From assembly GCA_037200245.1 (NCBI GenBank), contig JBBCIM010000029.1:166342-230341 (forward strand): a stretch of DNA of 64,000 nucleotides. The letters run 5' to 3'. Within the stretch, counting starts at the first letter, position 1. Each line of letters begins with the position of its first letter. Shown piece by piece: positions 57,157 through 64,000 of the stretch. A model generated the notes under the pieces. That model worked only from the letters and a program-made list of their open reading frames with translations, was not told the DNA's origin and did not search any database. This DNA comes from Pseudolabrys sp. (GTDB taxonomy: Bacteria; Pseudomonadota; Alphaproteobacteria; Rhizobiales; Xanthobacteraceae). The position numbers and the translations under genes were made by a program.

Positions 57157-59334
57157 ATGGCCGCATTTTTCAGCACTCAACTCGTCTATGGCCTGGCATT
57201 CATTCTGCTCGGTTCGATCTGCCTTGCATTGCGCGCGGCGGCCGGCGGCAGACGCCCTGGCTCGTGCTTGCGGCATTCGGCTTTGTGCATGGCGCCAGCG
57301 AGTGGCTCGATCTGCTGGCATTGATCGCCGGCGATACGCCCGCGTTCGCGATGGCGCGGTTCTGCACTATGACGGGCTCATTCGTGCTGCTGTTCGAATT
57401 TGCCCGGCTTGAAGCGGTCCGGCTCGGATTTAAAATGCCGGGACGCTGGATCTATGCACCGATGATGGTTTTCGTGGCGTGGGGCGCACATTTGGCGGGC
57501 CTGAACGGCGCCAGTACCTTTGCGCGTTATGCCATCGCTCTGACCGGCGCCTTGGGCACAGGCGCCGTACTGGCGTGCCACGCTCGCGACGCTTTGCCAG
57601 CCGAGAAACGCTGGATCGCTTCCGCTGTGATTGGCTTCGTGCTGTACGCCTTAGCCGCGGGCGTGGTCGTGCCGCCGGTCGCCGGCTGGGCGGGCGACGT
57701 CATCGACTACGCGGATTTCAGCGGCTTCACGGCGTGCCGATCCAGTTCGTGCGCGGACTCTTGGCGTGCTGGATCGCCTTCTCGGTCTGGGGCTATTGGG
57801 GCCAGCGCCTGATGCGCGACATCGGCTCGCCGCGCTACACCGCATTTATGCAGCGGCAGTTCGTCTGGACCCTCGTCGCCATGGGCCTAACGCTGGTGCT
57901 CGGCTGGGGCCTGACAGAATATCTGGGCGCATCTACAAGCAGAATGTCCAGCAACAGTCGCTCGGCGACCTCGACATGATTTTCGGCCGCTTGAACGCAG
58001 AAACGGCCAGTGCCGACGGCATAACCCACGTCATTGCCGCTTCGCGTTCGGTTGCCTCTCTGCTGATCGAAGGTGACAGGCGTTACGAACCGCGCGTCAA
58101 AGCGCTGTTGGCCGTCGATAGCGAAATCGCCAGCGTCAATGATGCCTTTATTCTCGATACCGCCGGAAAAGTGGCTGCTTCATCCGACTCGCCCCATCCG
58201 GCAATTTTGCCGCCGCGCCATATTTCAAATTGGCCATGGCGGGAATGCCGGGCCGGCATTTCGAAGTCGCTGCGCAGGGCAAAACGCGCGATTATTATAC
58301 GAGCTATCCGGTGCGCGACGATGCCGGCGATGTCGTTGGCGTTGCCGTGTTGAAGAAATCGCTCGATGCTTTCGATGCCGGGCTGAAGCAGTTTGATGTT
58401 TCGTTCTTTCTGATCGATCCCCATGGGGTCGTCGCCGTGACCAACAAGCCTGACAGCCAATTCCGGACGCTTTGGCCTCTGGCGCGGAAACGATCAAATC
58501 GCTGACGCCGCAGTTCGGCGAGATAAGCGCAAAGCCACTGCTGGCCGACGAATTCACTGGCGGCCAATGGACGACGCTCGACGGCAGCCGCGACTACGTG
58601 CAGCGCCGCCCGATCGGCAATACCGGCTGGTCGCTGGTGATAGCGACCGCGCCGCACGGTATTTTCGCGAGCCGCGTCCTGGGCATTATCATCACTTTGC
58701 AAATGGCAACCTTGGCGCTGGTCTATTTGGTCGGCCGGGAGCGCTGGGTTCATGACAATGTTCAACTGCAAAAGCGGATCGAATTGGAAGAACTCGCCCG
58801 CAATCTCGACTATCGGGCAACGACCGATCCGCTGACCGGACTGTACAACCGCGCAAGTTCGACCGGGAAATCGAACTCGAGATGTTGCGGGCGCAGCGTT
58901 ACAAGACGCCGTTATCGCTGATCTTGTTCGACATCGATCACTTCAAAGCGATCAATGACACTTACGGTCACCAGGTGGGCGATAACGTCCTGGTCGATTT
59001 GTCGGGCTTCATCGCCGGACGCATCCGCCATTCGGACGTCCTGGCGCGCTGGGGCGGGGAGGAATTCGTCATCCTTACGCCGGCCTGCACCGTGGATATG
59101 GCCTTCCGCATGGCGGCGAACCTGGCGGCGGCAATTCGATCCCACGCCTTCGGCGCCGTGGGCAAAATCACCTGCAGTTTCGGGGTCGTCGAGTTCGAGG
59201 ACAGCGATACCGCCGAGACGCTGATGGCCCGCGTCGACGAGGCGCTCTATCTCGCCAAAATGAACGGGCGCGATCGGGCCGAAATGGCGCTTCGCCATCC
59301 GGTCGCCGCGCCGCATCTGGCGCCAACCGCGTAG
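57157..59334 (+). CDS. Multi-pass membrane sensor diguanylate cyclase (several frameshifts)
   Basis: Multiple TM segments, Cache-like region, DPLTGLYNR, DIDHFK.IND..GH, RWGGEEF. Confidence 0.85.
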
Positions 59335-59531
59335 GGCTGTACGAAAGTTCCCGTGTCCGCCCGAATTGCCGGTGTTTACAGGTGCTTAACCTTACCCCGG
59401 GCATAGTCTTAACGGCCTCGCAAAGCGGTGAGGCCAGCGGGTTTGGGGATTCCAACACCAGTTCAAGAGCGGCGGCGCGCCAATCAGCGGCGGCTACGGC
59501 GTCATAGTAAGCAGTCGAGTTTGAGTGCGTA

Positions 59532-60639
59532 ATGAGATATGCGACCGCGACGATAGAGGGCGTTCCTTCTTTCGATAGCGCCTTTTCATCGGGCGACTAT
59601 CGCCGGCTGGTTCGGACGATCGGCAGCCACCTCGTCACGGCGGTCGCGGCCTTGGCCGCAGTGATCGTGCTCGGTGCCGTCGTCACGACGACGGCCGCAT
59701 GGATCGTCAATTCCACACTCGTGACCGGCCCCAACCCAAATGTGAGATCCTTTTCGGGACCGGGCACACTCGCGCTCGCCACGAGCGATCCCGTCTTGGC
59801 CCGCACCGCCGCGATCAGCTTTGATGCGAAATGGGCTCAAGTCTCGACCGCCGCGGTTTCCTTGCTGCCGCTACAGGCGGAAATCCCGCAGCCGAAGCGG
59901 CAGATTGCCGCGGCGCCTGTCGTCAAGCCGGTTGCCGAACTTACGCCCGTTGTGCCGCTGCCGCGTCCGCATCCCGTGCAAATTGAAATCGCCCAGGCGC
60001 CGGCTACCCCCGTCGCGCCGCAAGTTGCACCAATTGCTGCGCCAAAAGCTGAGCCGCCAATAGCCGTTCAAGCTGCCGCCGCGACGCCAAAGCCGCCGCG
60101 ACCAGTGCCGAGCCGCGCATGGCCGCGTTGGAACCGCCGAATAAATCATTGGGCTTGCCCGATCCCGATGGCCGCACCGCGATCTACGACATTTCCGCGC
60201 GCGCCGTTTACCTGCCGAACGGCGATAAATTGGAGGCACATTCCGGCCTGTTCGACAAAATGGACGATCCGCGCTTTGTCCACGTCAAGATGCGCGGGGC
60301 GACGCCGCCGAATGTTTACGAACTGACGTTGCGCGAAAAGCTTTTCCACGGCGTCCAGGCCATCCGCCTCAATCCGGTCGACGAGCGTAGATGTTCGGCC
60401 GCGACGGCATCCTGGCGCACACCTATATGCTTGGCCCCAACGGCCAATCCAACGGCTGCGTGTCCTTCAAGGACTATGAGAAGTTCTTGCAGGCCTTCCA
60501 GCGAGGCGAGGTCGATCGCCTGATCGTCGTGCCGGAGGGCGGCACCAAGCTCGCGCTCGTTGCCCGCTCCCGACGTGGCCACATTGGCCGCTATGCCGAG
60601 AATAACCCGAACGCGGCGTCCAATCCGAATACCTGGTAG
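59532..60639 (+). CDS. Membrane-anchored DUF2778/Tlde1-like (L,D-transpeptidase-fold) protein with Pro-rich linker
   Basis: AHSG, GATPP, RDGILAH...SNGCVS. Confidence 0.75.
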
Positions 60640-60731
60640 AGCAGGGCGGAAAGCCCTGTTTCCGCCTTATTCCCCTTGCTTGCCCTGGCCTTCCGCGATT
60701 GTACCTAACCCCGTGACTCGCCGTGGCCTGA

Positions 60732-62330
<1,599 letters not shown>

Positions 62331-62333
62331 ATC

Positions 62334-63140
62334 ATGCTGGTGGACAGCCACTGCCACCTCGATTTTCCCCGATTTCGCCAGCGAGCTGGACGCCGTGGTG
62401 CAGCGCGCGCGCGACGCCGGCATCGGCCGCATGGTGACCATCTGCACGCGGGTGCGTCAGCACGCGAAGGTGCTGGCCGTGGCCGAGCGATTTCCCGATA
62501 TTTTCTGCTCGGTGGGCACGCATCCTCATAACGCGCACGAGGAGCTCGACATCGACGCCAAGGTGCTTATCGAAATCGCCCGGCATACGAAGGTCGTCGC
62601 CATCGGCGAAGCCGGCCTCGATTATCATTACGACACCTCGCCGCGCGAGGCGCAGGAACAAGGCCTGCGTCAGCACATCGCCGCGCGCGCGAGACGGATT
62701 GCCGCTGGTGATTCATTCGCGCGAGGCCGATGAGGACATGACCCGCATTTTGCGGAAGAAAGCGGGAAGGGGCGCCTTCCCCGCCGTGCTGCATTGCTTT
62801 ACCGGCGGCCGCGATCTGGCTTTCGCCGCGGTCGAACTTGGGCATTATGTCGTCCGTTCACGGCATTCTGACGTTCAAGAACTCGCAGAATTTGCGTGAC
62901 ATCGCGGCCGCTCTGCCGGCCGACCGCATTCTGGTCGAAACCGACGCGCCGTATCTGGCGCCTTTGCCATATCGCGGCAAGCGCAACGAGCCGTCTTATG
63001 TGGTCGAAACCGCCAAGATGCTCGCTGCGACACGCGGCGTTTCGCCGGACGAGATCGCGGCGCAGACCACGGAGAATTTCTTCCGGCTGTTCAACAAGGT
63101 GCCACGTACACAGGAAAAAGCCGCAAGGATGGCAGGATGA
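62334..63140 (+). CDS. tatD: TatD family hydrolase
   Basis: DSHCHLD, GTHPH, GEAGLD, IHSR, LHCF, ETDAPYL. Confidence 0.92.
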
Positions 63141-63960
63141 GCTTGACCTTCACCATCCTCGGCTGCGGCTCGTCGATGGGCGTGCCGCGCGTCGCGCTCG
63201 GCTGGGGCGATTGCGACCCGAACGAGCCGAAGAACCGCCGCCGGCGTTGCAGCTTGCTGGTGACCCGGAAAGGCCCGAACGGCATCACCCGGGTTCTGGT
63301 CGATTGCTCGCCGGACCTGCGCGAGCAACTGATCGAGGCCGAGGTCGACTGGCTCGACGGCGTTTTGATCACCCACGAGCACGCCGACCACACCCACGGC
63401 ATCGACGATCTGCGGCCGATCTTCGTCAACAAGCGCCGCCGCGTCGATGTGTCAACAAGCGCCGCCGCGTCGATGTCTACATGGACGACGCGACGTCGCG
63501 GATCATGAACATCCGCTTCGGCTATTGCTTCAAAACGCCGGCCGGCAGCCAATATCCGCCGATCTTGCACGAGCGTCGCCTCGTGCCCGGCGAGCCCTTA
63601 ACGATCGACGGGCAGGGCGGCCTTATCGAGGTTTTGCCGCTGCTGCAGAACCACGGCGACATCAATTCGCTCGGCTTTCGCTTTGGCAACGTCGCCTACT
63701 CGACCGACCTCAAAAGCCTGCCGGACGAAAGCGTCGCTCTGCTGGCCGGGCTCGATGTCTGGATCGTCGATGCCTTGCGCCGGACGCCGCACCCGAGCCA
63801 TTTCCACCTCGATGAGACATTGCAGTGGATCGAGCGCATCCGGCCGAAGCGGGCCATCCTGACCGATATGCACACCGACATGGACTACGCCACGCTGCGT
63901 GACAGTTTGCCGGATCACATCGTGCCGGCCTTCGATCGGATGAGTTTTCCTGGCAAATAA
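63137..63960 (+). CDS. MBL-fold metallo-hydrolase (PhnP-like); frame broken by a 26-bp duplication
   Basis: LGCGSSMGVP, THEHADHTHG, HPSHF. Confidence 0.9.
63425..63476. repeat. Exact 26-bp tandem duplication
   Basis: GTCAACAAGCGCCGCCGCGTCGATGT twice. Confidence 0.9.
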
Positions 63961-64000
63961 TCCGATATCTTAGGAATAGCCATCAATAGACTGATATATC

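Overview
GC-rich alphaproteobacterial DNA (Hyphomicrobiales-like gene order and repeats). Single-base indels are frequent and break even essential genes (rpoA, secY, rpsM, rpsK, rplQ, adk, tmk, metG), so I read them as sequencing or assembly errors and stitch genes across frames. 1-25.4 kb is mostly core genome: a T5orf172/GIY-YIG gene at the edge, pccB, TPR protein, dps, ATP12, a korCAB-like 2-oxoacid oxidoreductase operon, an RluA-family synthase, a RelE/ParE TA pair, rarA, degQ, a Zn-ADH-family gene, a diheme cytochrome c and the distal spc/alpha ribosomal cluster. At about 25447 rpsH is cut and joined to a headless ABC ATPase, probably a chimeric junction. 25.4-39.2 kb is accessory: an ABC/crotonase/cupin/Dabb cluster, an LTxxQ octapeptide-repeat protein, a degenerate att-like site, a GcvH/LbpA-like fragment, a SelD-associated FAD oxidoreductase and the NAD-dependent formate dehydrogenase operon fdsGBA-fdhD-fdsD. 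39230-48802 is a ~9.6 kb element integrated in the 3' end of tRNA-Ser(TGA) between exact 15-bp direct repeats. It carries a P4-like integrase, AlpA, a Toprim primase-SF3 helicase, a TerS-like protein and a large terminase, but no recognisable portal, capsid, protease or tail genes. This putative terminase-carrying, capsid-less phage satellite is the best candidate for an undescribed system. The right end is the conserved rlpA-dacA-tmk-holB...metG-tatD-phnP region, with a ~7.6 kb block between holB and metG.
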